Source: Mobula hypostoma
Lineage: Eukaryota
Length of the DNA stretch: 64,000 nucleotides
Reading direction: 5' to 3'
Assembly (NCBI RefSeq): GCF_963921235.1
Contig: NC_086097.1
Coordinates: 8,680,001 to 8,744,000, forward strand
Under the pieces are notes generated by a model, which saw nothing but the letters and a program-made list of their open reading frames with translations, did not search any database and was not told the origin of the DNA. Below are positions 25,883 to 38,134 of the stretch, one piece after another; the stretch's first letter is position 1, and every line of letters starts with the position of its first letter. A program made the position numbers and the translations under genes.

Positions 25883-28800
25883 TAGAACATAGAACATAGA
25901 ATAGTACAGCACAGTACAAGCCCTTCTGCCCACAATGTTGTGCCGACCCTCAAACCCTGCCTTCCATATAAGCCCCCACCTTAAAGTCCTCCATATACAT
26001 GTCTAGTAGTCTCTTAAACTTCACTAGTGTATCTGCCTCCACCACTGACTCAGGCAGCGCATTCCACACACCAGCCACTCTCTGAGTAAAAAACCTTCCT
26101 CTAATATCCCCCTTGAACTTCCCACCCCTTACCTTAAAGCCATGTCCTCTTGTATTGAGCAGTGGTGTCCTGGGGAAGAGGCGCTGGCTATCCACTCTAT
26201 CTATTCCTCTTATTATCTTGTACACCTCTATCATGTCTCCTCTCATCCTCCTTCTCTCCAAAGAGTAAAGCCCTAGCTCTCTTAATCTCTGATCATAATG
26301 CATACTTTCTAAACCAGGCAGCATCCTGGTAAATCTCCTCTGTACCTTTTCCAATGCTTCCACATCCTTCCTATAGTGAGGTGACCAGAACTGGACACAG
26401 TACTCCAAGTGTGGCTTAACCAGAGTTTTATAGAGCTGCATCATTACATCGCGACTCTTAAACTCTATTCCTTGACTTATGAAAGCTAACACCCCATAAG
26501 CTTTCTTAACTACCCTATCCACCTGTGAGGCAACTTTCAGGGATCTGTGGACATGTACCCCGAGATCCCTCTGCTCCTCCTCACTACCAAGTATCCTGCC
26601 ATGTACTTTGTACTCTGCCTTGAAGTTTGTCCTTCCAAAGTGTACCACCTCACACTTCTCCGGGTTGAACTCCATCTGCCACTTCTCATCCCAGGATGAG
26701 ATGAACTCCTGCATCCTATCAATGTCTCTCTGCAATCTTTGACAATCCTCTACACTATCTACAACACCACCAACCTTTGTGTCATCTGCAAACTTGCCAA
26801 CCCACCCTTCTACCCCCACATCCAGGTCGTTAATAAAAATCACGAAAAGTAGAGGTCCCAGAACAGATTTTTGTGGGACACCACTTGTCACAATCCTCCA
26901 ATCTGAATGTACTCCCTCCACCACCACCCTCTGCCTTCTGCAGGCAAGGAAATTCTGAATCCACCTGGCCAAACTTCCCTGGATCCCATGCCTTCTAACT
27001 TTCTGAATACGCCTACCGCGTGGAACCTTGTCAAATGCCTTACTAAAATCCATATAGATCACATCCACTGCACTACCCTCATCTATATGCCTGGTCACCT
27101 CCTCAAAGAACTCTATCAGGCTTGTTAGACACAATCTGCCCTTCACAAAGCCATGCTGATTGTCCCTGATCAGACCATGATTCTCTAAATGCCTATAGAT
27201 CCTATCTCTAAGAATCTTTTCCAACAGCTTTCCCACCATAGACGTAAGGCTCACTGGTCTATAATTATCCGGACTATCCCTACTACCTTTTTTGAACAAG
27301 GGGACAACATTTGCCTCCCGCCAATCCTCTGCTACCATTCCCGTGGACAACGAGGACACAAAGATCCTAGCCAGAGGCTCAGCAATCTCTTCTCTCGCCT
27401 CGTGGAGCAGCCTGGGGAATATTCCGTCAGGCTCCGGGGACTTATCTGTCCCAATGTATTTTAACAACTCCAACACCTCCTCTCCCTTAATATCAACATG
27501 CTCCAGACCATCAACCTCACTTATATTGTCCTCACCATCATCAAGTTCCCTCTCATTGGTGAATACCGAAGAGAAGTATTCATTGAGGACCTCGCTCACT
27601 TCCACAGCCTCCAGGCACATCTTCCCACCTTTATCGCTAATCGGTCCTACCTTCACTCCTGTCATCCTTTATTTCTTCACATAATTGAAGAATGCCTTGG
27701 GGTTTTCCTTTACCCTACTCACCAAGGCCTTCTCATGCCCCCTTCTTGCTCTTCTCAGCCCCTTATTAAGCTCCTTTCTTGCTTCCCTATATTCCTCAAT
27801 GGACCCATCTGATCCTTGCTTCCTAAAGCTCATGTATGCTGCCTTCTTCCACCTGACTAGATTTTCCACCTCACTTGTCACCCATTGTTCCTTCACCCCA
27901 CCATTCTTTATCTTCCTCACTGGGACAAATTTATCCCTAACATCCCGCAAGACATCTCTAACATCGACCACATGTCCATAGTACATTTCCCTGCAAAAAC
28001 ATCATCCCAGTTCACACCCGCAAGTTCTAGCCTTATAGCCTCATAATTTGCCTTTCCCCAATTAAAAATTTTCCTGTCCTCTGTTTCTGTCCTTTTCCAC
28101 GATAATGCTAAAGGCCAGGGAGCGGTGGTCACTGTCCCCCAGATGCTCACCCACTGAGAGATCTGTGACCTGACCCGGTTCATTACCTAGTACTAGATCT
28201 AGTGTGGCATTCCCCCTGGTCGGCCTGTCCACATACTGTGACAGGAATCCGTCCTGGACACACTTAACAAACTCTGCCCCATCTAAACCCTTGGAACTAA
28301 TCAGGTGCCAATCAATATTAGGGAAGTTAAAGTCACCCATGATAACAACCCTGTTATTTTGCACCTTTCCAAAATCTGCCTCTCAATCTGCTCCCCTGTA
28401 TCCCTGCTGCTACCAGGGGGCCTATAGAATACCCCCAATAGAGTAACCGCTCCCTTCCTGTTCCTGACTTCCACCCACATTGACTCAAAAGAGGATCCTG
28501 CTACATTACCCACCCTTTCTGTAGCTATAATAGTATCCCTGACCAGTAATCCCACCCCTCCTCCCCTTTTTCCGCCCTCTCTATCCCTTTTAAAGCACTG
28601 AAATCCAGGAATATTGAGAATCCATTCCTGCCCTGGTGTCAGCCAAGTCTCTGTAATGGCCACTACATCATAATTCCATGTATGTATCCAAGCCCTGAGT
28701 TCATCACCTCTGTTCCTGATGCTTCTTGCATTGAGGTACACACATTTCAGCCCTCCTACCTTACTGTCTTTACACCGTTTATTCTGCTTCTCTTTCCTCA

Positions 28801-28900
28801 AAACCTCTCTGTATGTTAGATCTGGCTTTACTCCATGCACTTCTTTCACTGCTCTATCGCTCTGGGTCCCATCCCCCTCGCAGATTAGTTTAAACCCTCC
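25883..28900 (-). mobile_element. CR1 LINE, near-complete ORF2 (APE endonuclease plus RT), frameshifted, truncated at the end of ORF1
   Basis: CVYLNARSI, ITETW, GDFNFPNIDW, SDH (APE); YRPVSL, QHGF, DFSKAFDKV, GVPQKSVLGP, FADD (RT); 571-aa open segment 25950-27665; (TTCTATG)n tail. Confidence 0.97.
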
Positions 28901-28969
28901 AGAAATTTGACATTGGTTTTGGTTGAAACAGGTCATTCATAGTTTAATCCTGGTAACCTCCAGATACAG

Positions 28970-29265
28970 TTTATTTATTTCTTTTTATTTTATTTAGAGA
29001 GAGCACAGAACAGGCCCTTTTTGCTCAATGAGCCACACTGCTCAGCAACTGACCTATTTAACTCTAGCCTAATCACAGGACAACTTACAATGGCCAATTA
29101 ACCCACTAACCGTAATATCCTTGAAGTGTGGGGGTAAACCAGAGCACCCAGTCATGAGCAGAACATACAAGCTCCTTACAGATGGCACCTGAATCGAACT
29201 CCAAATTCCAGAGTGCCTTGAGCTGTAATAGTGTCACGCTAACTTCTACGCTACCGTGATGCCCT
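28970..29265 (-). mobile_element. V-SINE
   Basis: Homologous to 23752-24048. Confidence 0.8.
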
Positions 29266-29649
29266 AGTTATAGCAAGCAATAAGTGTCTTATCTAAAGAT
29301 TTCCATGTTTGCTGCCAAAGTGTCCCTGAGTTTAATCCACCTGCTTGGTTGTGCCTAACAACTTCATTAATAGAAAAAGATTTGCATTTATATTGAGTAT
29401 TTCTTAGCCTGAACACATCTCAGAGGAGATTAGATATTTTTGAATTGTATTCACTGTCAGAATGCAGATAACTTGGCAGCTAATTTGCAAATAATGAAGT
29501 TCCACAAACAACAATGTAATAATAACAAGCTAATGGATTAATTGAGCAATCAATCCTGATCAGATTGCCAGGAGTTGCAGGATCTTTAACATCAACCATG
29601 GATGGAATTCTGTTACTGCTTGTCATTCGAAAGAAACCATAGGAGGATT

Positions 29650-30255
29650 CCAGTGCTCCCGCTGCGATCAGCTCTACATTGGTGAGATCCGTCGTAAATT
29701 GGGGGACAACTTCATTTGTCCACTCTATCTAACAAAAGAGCAACTTCCCAGTGGCCAAACACATTTTAATTCCAATTCCCATTCCCATTCCAACATGTCG
29801 GTCCTTGGGCTCCTCTTGTGCCAAGATGAGGCGATCCTCAGCATAGGGGAGAAAAGCCTGATATTCCATCTGGTTAGCCTCCAACCTAATGGCATGAATA
29901 TCAATTACTCCTTCTGGTAAAAAAAAATTCTCTTCCTATTCCTCCTTCTTCTTTTCCTCACTCTGGCCTTTTGCTTCTTCTCATCTGTCTATCATATCCC
30001 ATTGGGTGCCTTCCTCCTTCCCTTTCTCTATGGTCCACTCTCCTCTCCTATCAGATTCCTTCCTCTCCAGCCCTTTCTTTCCCACCTGGTTTTACCTATC
30101 GGCTTCTAACTATCCGCTTTCCTCTCCCTCCAACCTTTTCTTTTACTGGCGTCTTCCCCTTCCTTATCAGTTCTCAAGAAAGGTCACGGCCCGAGACATT
30201 GATAGATGCTGCTTGATCTGCTGAGTTCCTCTGACATGTTTGTGTACGTTGCTTC
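29650..30255 (+). mobile_element. Penelope-like 3' fragment
   Basis: CSRCDQLYIGE and LIFHLVSLQPNGMNI; degenerate hammerhead end. Confidence 0.85.
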
Positions 30256-30258
30256 CGA

Positions 30259-30522
30259 TTATTTATTTACTTATTTAGAGATACAGAGCTGAACAGGCCC
30301 TTCAGGCCCACCGAGTCACGCCTTCCAGCAAGTCACTGATTTAACCCTAACCTAATCATAGGTCCATTTATAATGACAAATACACCTACTTAACCTGTAT
30401 GTCTTTGGACTGTGAGAGGATACTGAAGTTTACAAGAAACAACTTACAAACTTACTCACAGAGGATGCTGGAATTGAACTCTGAACACCAAGCCCCGAGC
30501 TGAAATAGCGTCACTCTATACT
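30259..30522 (-). mobile_element. V-SINE
   Basis: Tail and V-domain in reverse. Confidence 0.75.
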
Positions 30523-30524
30523 TT

Positions 30525-30730
30525 GCCGGCCGGTAGTGTAGTGGCATCCACACCACACTCCAAGCAGAGAGGTCCCAGATTCGAATCCGACTGGCTCCTC
30601 GCATGCTGTCCATCCGTGCTGGGTTCTGCATCAAGCTAGCAACTTGGCCTCTTAAAAACAGAAAAATGCTAAAGGAACAGCAAGTTTGCCACCTGAAGCG
30701 CCGCAAGGTGCAAAGAGGATGAACAATAAC
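30525..30730 (+). mobile_element. tRNA-derived SINE
   Basis: gccggtagtgtagtggcatc...gattcgaatcc (A and B boxes); body related to 50034-50307. Confidence 0.7.
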
Positions 30731-32626
30731 CACTATTCTACACTGGTGGCTCTTCCCCCCACCCCCATCATGCAGTACCATATTTTTCACCAAAGATCCC
30801 TTGAAAAGAGCTGTCTTCAGTCTTCTACGTGCCAGCAGTTTAAAGTGCAAAGTAAAAGGTACCATTCATTTTCTGGGTATTCACCTCTGACAGGGCAGTA
30901 CTCCCTCATTACACATTCAGATTGTCAGCCTGGCACTTATATGGAGCTTCACTTTCTGCTTCAGAAGGAAGGCTATTACAAGCTGAACCATGACTAATGG
31001 GAAATAGATTCTGCATGTACTTATCATCCACTTCAATAATGCACACTGGTTTATTAAGCAGTGAATCTTTTCCACACCCTGATTCATGACTGCATTTTGT
31101 CCCACACTGTTGATGAACTCTGCTGTTTTATTGAAATGCCTCTTATTCAGTTTATCAATGCCGTCTAGAAATATTGGACTTCTACCTAATACTTGCATTT
31201 ATAAGAGCTCGTAATACATTACAATCCATGATTAACTCAAGTTGACTATAGTGAAGTACTAGCTACAGATTAATTTCTAAGAAATAACAGAGGCAAACTT
31301 ATTTTGAGACATATTTCCTTTAAATCATTTCTCAATAGAAGAGAAAATCCTGGAAACACTCAGCAGATCATACAGCATCTATGGAAGGAGAAGCAGGGTT
31401 ATCAAGTCAGAGACACTGATTCCGAACTTTTCTATTTTTATATCAGATATCCAGCATCTGTATTTTTAAATTTCTTTTTGAACATTTCAGCATTAGAGCA
31501 AATGAATCAAAGTACAAAGAGATAACAGATTCTTCTTCTTCTTCTTCTTCTTAAACCATCATCACTACTTGGGGATAAGCCACTGACAGTAGCTCATGAA
31601 GGTTTTCTGTCCTGGGCCAGTCTTGCAAATTGTCTCCAGGTGCAGGAGATCTTTTCTCTCTCAGGGACGAGGTCTTTGGAGCTCCTTTTGCTGTTTCTAC
31701 AACTCTGGGTTTTTACGGGAAGAGGTTGCCATTGTCATACCCAAACCTTCTCCTTTCATAGCCAGGGCAGAGTTAAAACAGTTACTGGAAGGAGTGAATT
31801 TTAATCTCTTTACTGGAAAAAAAAGCAAAAGCAGCAGTTGATAACAGAGAGAGAGTGGAATAGTGAATTAAAATGATAGGACTTCCAGGGTTGCCATTTC
31901 AAACTGAACAGAAATGTTCTACAAACCCGATCTCTTCATTCATTTAATGCTAAGTATTAATTTCCCCTCAGCTTCATGATGGAAATAGAATCTTTGAACA
32001 ATTTAAAGTGTAAAATTAGTCATAATCTGACAGAAAAGGTTAACTAGATTACAATTTGTATATTCTTATGTTTAAATTACATCATTTAGGACTGAGCGGC
32101 AAAGTCAACAGTTAATTGGTATTTGATCCATTCTACTAAATATCAGTTACATCTACCTCGATACACAGTGACTACAAGATGTACCATCTACGAAATATAC
32201 TGCAGTTATTTGTCTAAGCTAGCCTGATTTGAGAAAGAAGGTACCAGGGCTTTGGGACTCACAGCACCAGGTTTTGGAACAGTTACTACCCCTCAAATAT
32301 CAGGCTCTTGAACTTCACTCAACTTCATTTGCCTCATTATTAAAATGTTCCTCAACCAAAGGACTCTTCATGTCATGTTTTTGATATTTATTTCCACAGT
32401 TTGCTCTCCTTGCGCTTTGGGTGACAGCCCAGTTTGGCAGTCATTCACTGATTCCATTACAGCTACTATTCTATGAATTTGTTGTATATGTCCGCTGGAA
32501 AATGAATCTCAGAATTGTATATGGTGACATATATATACTTGATAATAAAATTCACTTCGAACTTTGTACTTGTCAACACCTTTCTACAACTATCAGGTTT
32601 CTGACTGACCCACATAACCCTCATTA

Positions 32627-32929
32627 AGGTGTCACGATAGTGTAGCGGCTCATGTGATGCTATTACAGTTCAGGGTATCAGAGTTCAGAGTTCAATTCTG
32701 TCATCATCTCTATGAAGTTTGTGTGTCCTTCTGATGAGTGGCTGAGTTTCCTCTGGGTGTTCCAGTTTCCTCCCACAGTCCAAAGACATACCGGTTATTG
32801 AGTTAAATTGTCTTTGTAATTTCTCTAGTTATTAGGCTAGGGTTAAGTAAGTGGGTTGCTAGGTGATGCAGCTCATTAGGCCAGAAGAGCCTGTTCCACA
32901 CTGTATCTCTAAATAAATAAATAAATAAT
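32627..32929 (+). mobile_element. V-SINE
   Basis: V-domain tttcctctgggtgttccagtttcctcccacagtccaaagacat; (TAAA)n tail. Confidence 0.85.
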
Positions 32930-33024
32930 AAGATTCTCCCTCAGCAATGCATGTTATGGACATCCCTTACATTTCACTGGACTTCTCTCTAATTGTGTTT
33001 TTTTAATCAACTAATACCTTGTTT

Positions 33025-33225
33025 TCACAATGCTCTGCGACGACACCGGTGCCAAGCTGTATCTGCCCTAGTGCCCTTCCCTTGGACAACATCAGTGTGG
33101 TGGAGAGGGGAGACTTGCAGCATGGGCAACTGCTGGTCTTCCATACAACCTTGCCCAGGCCTGTGCCCTGGATACCTTCCAAGATGCAAATCCATGGTCT
33201 CACGGGACTAACGGATGCCTATATA
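33025..33225 (+). mobile_element. 5'-truncated copy of the 63185-63497 SINE
   Basis: Highly similar body gctctgcgacgacaccggtgccaagctgta...gactaacggatgcct. Confidence 0.85.
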
Positions 33226-33559
33226 TAATATCTTGTTTTCAAATCTGTGTTTTTTTTTTCACTGTTCTGCCTGTGCAGGTGCTCTGTACCTGTGTAGGTG
33301 CAGTTGGCATGTTTTCTATTGTACCTGTGCCTCACCGTACTTGTGCGCATGATAATAAATTCAGTGTGACTTGACTTGAGACCTAAACGTCTCCCATTCC
33401 AGTCCCTGTATAAATATCCAATGATTTGTAGCAATGAGGATACATTTGATTCTTCCGGGGCACGATAAGATAAAAATCAAATTTAAGGTCACTGCTTCTT
33501 CAGACTTCGGAAGTCAGATCCCTTTTATTGGATAAATGGACCAGGGCTTCAAGTGCCTA

Positions 33560-34410
33560 TCAATAACATACCACTACTCCACACTATCCTACTTCCAGTA
33601 GGACATAACCTCAGAATAGGGGTTGGCAACAATGTTGATGCCTCCACCTACCTGGGAAGGTGCCTCACCTTCTCTTGCAGTCTAAATCGAGAGGTCTCTA
33701 ACAGACTTGCGAAGGCTGGGGCATCCTTTGGCAGGCTATGGACACATATGTGGGGCGAATATGGCATCTGGGTGAAGACCAAGATGGAATCTACAGAGCA
33801 GTTGTCCTGACTTCTCTGCTGTATGGCTGTGAAGCATAGACCCTGTACTGCAGGCACATCAAGATGTTTGACCAGTTCTACCTGCGATGCCTTCGTAAGA
33901 TCATGAGCATCTCATAGCAAGACAGAGTCCCCACCACAGAAGTGCCACGAAGGGCTGAGAGCTCTGACTCAGTGACACTGAACATGAAGGCCCAACTTCG
34001 ATGGGTTGGACACGTGGTCTAGATGGAAGACAACCGCCTTCCAAAGATGAGATTATTTTCTGAGCTGGGACATGGCACTAGAAAGTAGGGAAACCATATG
34101 AAACTCTATAAACACTGCATGAAAGCATCCTTGAAGGCATGCAAAATTCTTGTGACTGGTTTGGAGGCCTTGGCCAAAGACCTCAATGTCCAGCGCCTGG
34201 CCGCCTACAAAGGCACCAGTTCATTCGAAGAGCAGCTGCTGAAGGACCTCTATCAAAAGCACCAGGACCGCAAGGAGAGACGACCTGATCCTCCAATGGC
34301 AGTAATGTGCACGACCTGCAGGCGCACCTGCACTTCCCAGTTTGGGCTTTGGTCTCATCAGAGGTGTCATTGATGTCATCGTCATTCCTGACGGACTTCC
34401 AAGAGGAGAA
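33560..34410 (+). mobile_element. RTE (BovB-like) LINE 3' fragment
   Basis: YLG..REVSNRLAKAGASFGRL, LLYGCEA, LRWVGHVV.MEDNRLPK and C-terminal CTTCRRTCTSQFGLWSHQRCH zinc finger. Confidence 0.9.
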
Positions 34411-34484
34411 TTGGGGTAATAAAAGAATTCTCTCTTAGTAGACTTTAGTAGACCTTTTGGATTTACTATCTCAGAGGATGGAGG

Positions 34485-34697
34485 GGTGAAGATACTTTTC
34501 TACCAAAGGAGGTGTAGGGAGTTCCTTTCCTCCGCCAGCCTGAAGGTCACTGTTGGGCAAGGTGTAGCACCTGCTTAGCCCCCTTGATCAGGGCCACGTG
34601 AAGCCATGTGAGCAGGTGGTGGATGATTGGATGAGTAGCTGGTGTATAACATGTCCTGGTTATGTGACGGCTGACACCAGGCAGACAATCTCTGAAG
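34485..34697 (+). mobile_element. RTE-tailed short element family, 5' part
   Basis: Homologous to 47857-48240 and 61287-62305. Confidence 0.6.
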
Positions 34698-35704
34698 GCT
34701 TAAATAGACGGAGCACTGGGTGGTGCAACTGTAAGGGCCTGCCCCCACTGTATCTTTAAATAAATAAAAATGATTGGAAGAGCATCTGTGACTTATGCTT
34801 CCTCCAGTATCTTATGTTCTCATTCACTGAGTCCTCACTGGGAGCTGACTGATTGAAATTTTAAATGTAATTTGGCAAGAATATCATTCAAAATCCTATT
34901 ATTTTACCAGCAGAAATACAAACTTTAACTTTGTAGCTGTAACTTTGGGCTATATTTTTCAGTCTAATGATATTGCTGTATTGAATGAACATAATATAAC
35001 ATTGCTAGTTGTCCTATTTCTTTATGTGATCATTTTATATATTCTATCAATGCGCATTTTAAGTTAAAATTAGCTTTTAATCAACATGAAAGGCATGGCA
35101 AGTTTTAGTTTGATCGAGGTGAGTATTGTTCTGCAGTTCTATGATTATCTGATGAGCAATCATTGAGTTTTGATAGGATCTGAGGTTGGTAAATGGATTG
35201 CATCCATTACCGTGTAATTTTGAGGTTCAGAGCTTCACATGTGCCTCAGCTCCCTAATCTGTTGTCTTGCCTGTCACTTTAAGAGGAACATGCCAGCCCT
35301 GTACTCTGTCTGTCTGTGTAATACACTTACTCTTTATTGTTCTGAAATATCATTTATTGCATGGTACCGCAACAAAAATTAACAAATTTCACAACATACG
35401 CCGATGATATTAAATCTGATTCTGATTCTAAGAGGTTTTAATCTCTCTCTATAAGAACTAACAACGTAATTCTTGAGGAAACTTTCCTCGACACACTCAC
35501 TAAATTCTGGACCCACCCATCTGAGGTTTTTCTTTCATTATTTTTCTGCTTATCACATATCAGCTGCTCCTCCCCTACCTGGCTCTATCTGCCCATCTTT
35601 CCTGCTCCCTCCTCATCTGGTCTCACCAATCCCTCCACGATCTATATATTGACTACCTTTCAGCTGCGCTATCAGACCTGATGCAGAGTCTTCACCCAGA
35701 ATTT

Positions 35705-37370
35705 TAGGACGTAGAACAGTACCACACAGTACAGGCCCGTTGCAACACAATGTCCTGCAAAACTTTTAACCTTCTGCAAGCTCAATCTAACCCTTGTCGC
35801 CCATATTCTTTTATCCATCCGCCTATCTAACACTCTCATTAATATACCACCACTCCTCGTAGTGCAGTCTATGCACACACCAGTCTCTGTGTAAAAATCC
35901 TATCTCTGACATTCCCACTGTATTTTCCTTCAATCACTTTAGAATTATGCCCCCTCATATAAACCATTTCCACTCTGGGAAAAATGTGCTGGCTTTCCAC
36001 TCTGAATATGGTTCTTATCATTGTATATACCTCTATCAAGTCACCTCTCATACTCTTTTGATCCAAGGGAAAAAACCCTATCTCCCTCAACCTATCCTCA
36101 TAAGACATGTTCTGTAATCGAGTCAGCATCCTCATAAATCTCCTCTGCATGCTATCTAAAGCTTTGACTGCCTTCCTATAATGAGGTGATTAGAATTGAA
36201 CGTGATACTCCAAGTGTGGTCTAACCAGAGTTTTATAGAGGTGCAGCTCCTAAACTCATCAAAGGTTCAAATGTTCATTTATTATCAAATTATGTATCCA
36301 TATACAACTCTGAGATTCTTCTTCTCCAGATTGCCATGAAACAAAGAAAAACCGTGGAAGCCAGTTCAGAGAAAAACAACCAGCTCACCAACACAACCAT
36401 CTGCCCTGTAAATCCCTCCTCCCCCTCCATAAAAAGTAATACGATCACCCCCCAACACCCCACCCTCTCCTTGCACAAAAGGCTAACAAAAATGCAACAA
36501 GAACATTGACCTTAAAACCTCCTTCCCCTACATGAAAACACAAAAAGAACATCGAACCCCAAATCCCCCACCCCCACAAAGAACAGTAAGAAAATGCAGA
36601 ACATAAAAACTAGAAGTCTGAAAAAAGGTCTATAGTCCAAAATCTAGATGCAAAAACTTGGTAATCCAGCGACTAATGAAGGCAAACACACCATACCAAC
36701 TTTCGCGGTAACTTTGAGGGATCTATGCACTTTGCCCTCAAGATCCCTCTGTTTGTCCACACTGCTAGGAATCCAGTAAGCGTAACTACACCAGACAAAC
36801 TCTGCCCCATATTATCCTCTTGCACTAAAGAGGTGCCAATCAACATCGGAGAAGTTGAAGTCACCTATGACAATAACTACAGTGGGGCGTCATGTTAGCG
36901 TAGCAGTTAGCGTGATGCTATTAGAGCTCAAGGCGACCCGGAGTTCAGAGTTCAATTCTGGTGTTGCGTGTACGGAGTTTGTACATTCTCCCTTTGAACA
37001 TGTGTGATTGCTCCAGGTACTCTGATTTCCTCCCACAGTCCGAAAGTGTATCGGTTAGTAGGTTAATTGGTCATTGTAAATTGTCCTGTGAATAGGCTTG
37101 GATTAAATAGATGGTTTGATAACTGGCTCATTGGGCAGGAAGGATCTATTCCTCACTGTATCTCCAAATAAAATAAAATAAACAACCCTGTTATTTTTGC
37201 ACATTTCCCAAATCTGCCTGTAGTTCTGCTCCTCAGTGTCCCTGTTGCTGTGGGAATGGGGGAGGCCTTCTATAGAATACTCCCAAAGCAGTGATTATTG
37301 CCTGCCTGTTTCTGACTTCCAATCATACTGACTCGGTAGACAATCTCTCAAAAACTCCTCCCTTTCTACA
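35705..37370 (-). mobile_element. Fragmented CR1 with nested insertions (Rex1-tailed element about 36262-36660; V-SINE 36884-37182 on +)
   Basis: QRRFMRML...RGDLIEVY...FTQR; APE remnants at 36790-36880 and 37182-37370 either side of the V-SINE. Confidence 0.75.
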
Positions 37371-38134
37371 GCTGTTGACCGTCCATGCTTTTCAACCTGC
37401 TGAATCCTTCCAACACTTTATACTTGGCACTAGATTCCACTATCAACAATCGCATGTAACTCTGATCATTGAAACAATATGGCATCCTGCAATCCAGTTT
37501 CCAGATCAGTCAATTCAAACTCAATAGTAAAGGCATATGTGATTATTGCTATTGCAGAGCAAGAATGTGCTCCTGGTAAGAGGAATTAAATCCATCCAAT
37601 GGAAGAATAATTATGTAGTGAGAGAAAATAACTTGTTTTTCTGGGTGGTGTTGGTGCCTTTAGGAGTACACAATATGTAATAGCTTGCAGATGCATGTTG
37701 AGTTGCAATAAAGTAACTCAGGCACTGCTGCGTCTCTGTGGTAGAGCCATATTGACTCACTCTGCTGCAAAAACTGGAAGATTAAAACCATTTCATTGAT
37801 TGTTGATAAGTTTTGTTATACGCAAAAGTTTTTAAAAAAGGCATTGAATAATCTTTTAGCTTGACAACCTTTTACTATTTCTGGCATCTGAAGTCCCAAT
37901 AATTTTCATGAAGATTGATTGAAGAAAGCCACATTTAAGTTGAGGCAAACTTTTTGGTTTGGTGCTTTGTATTCTGAGCTTGTCGCTATTTCTCTCCCGT
38001 TTAAATGATTTGTTCTCTTTTTTTGTGCATTGAGGGTTTAATATTTTTTCTTTGAATGGGTACCTTAGTTTTTATTGTTTCATGGCTGCTTGTGGGAAGA
38101 TGAATCTCAGGGTTTTATACTGCATGCATACTGT

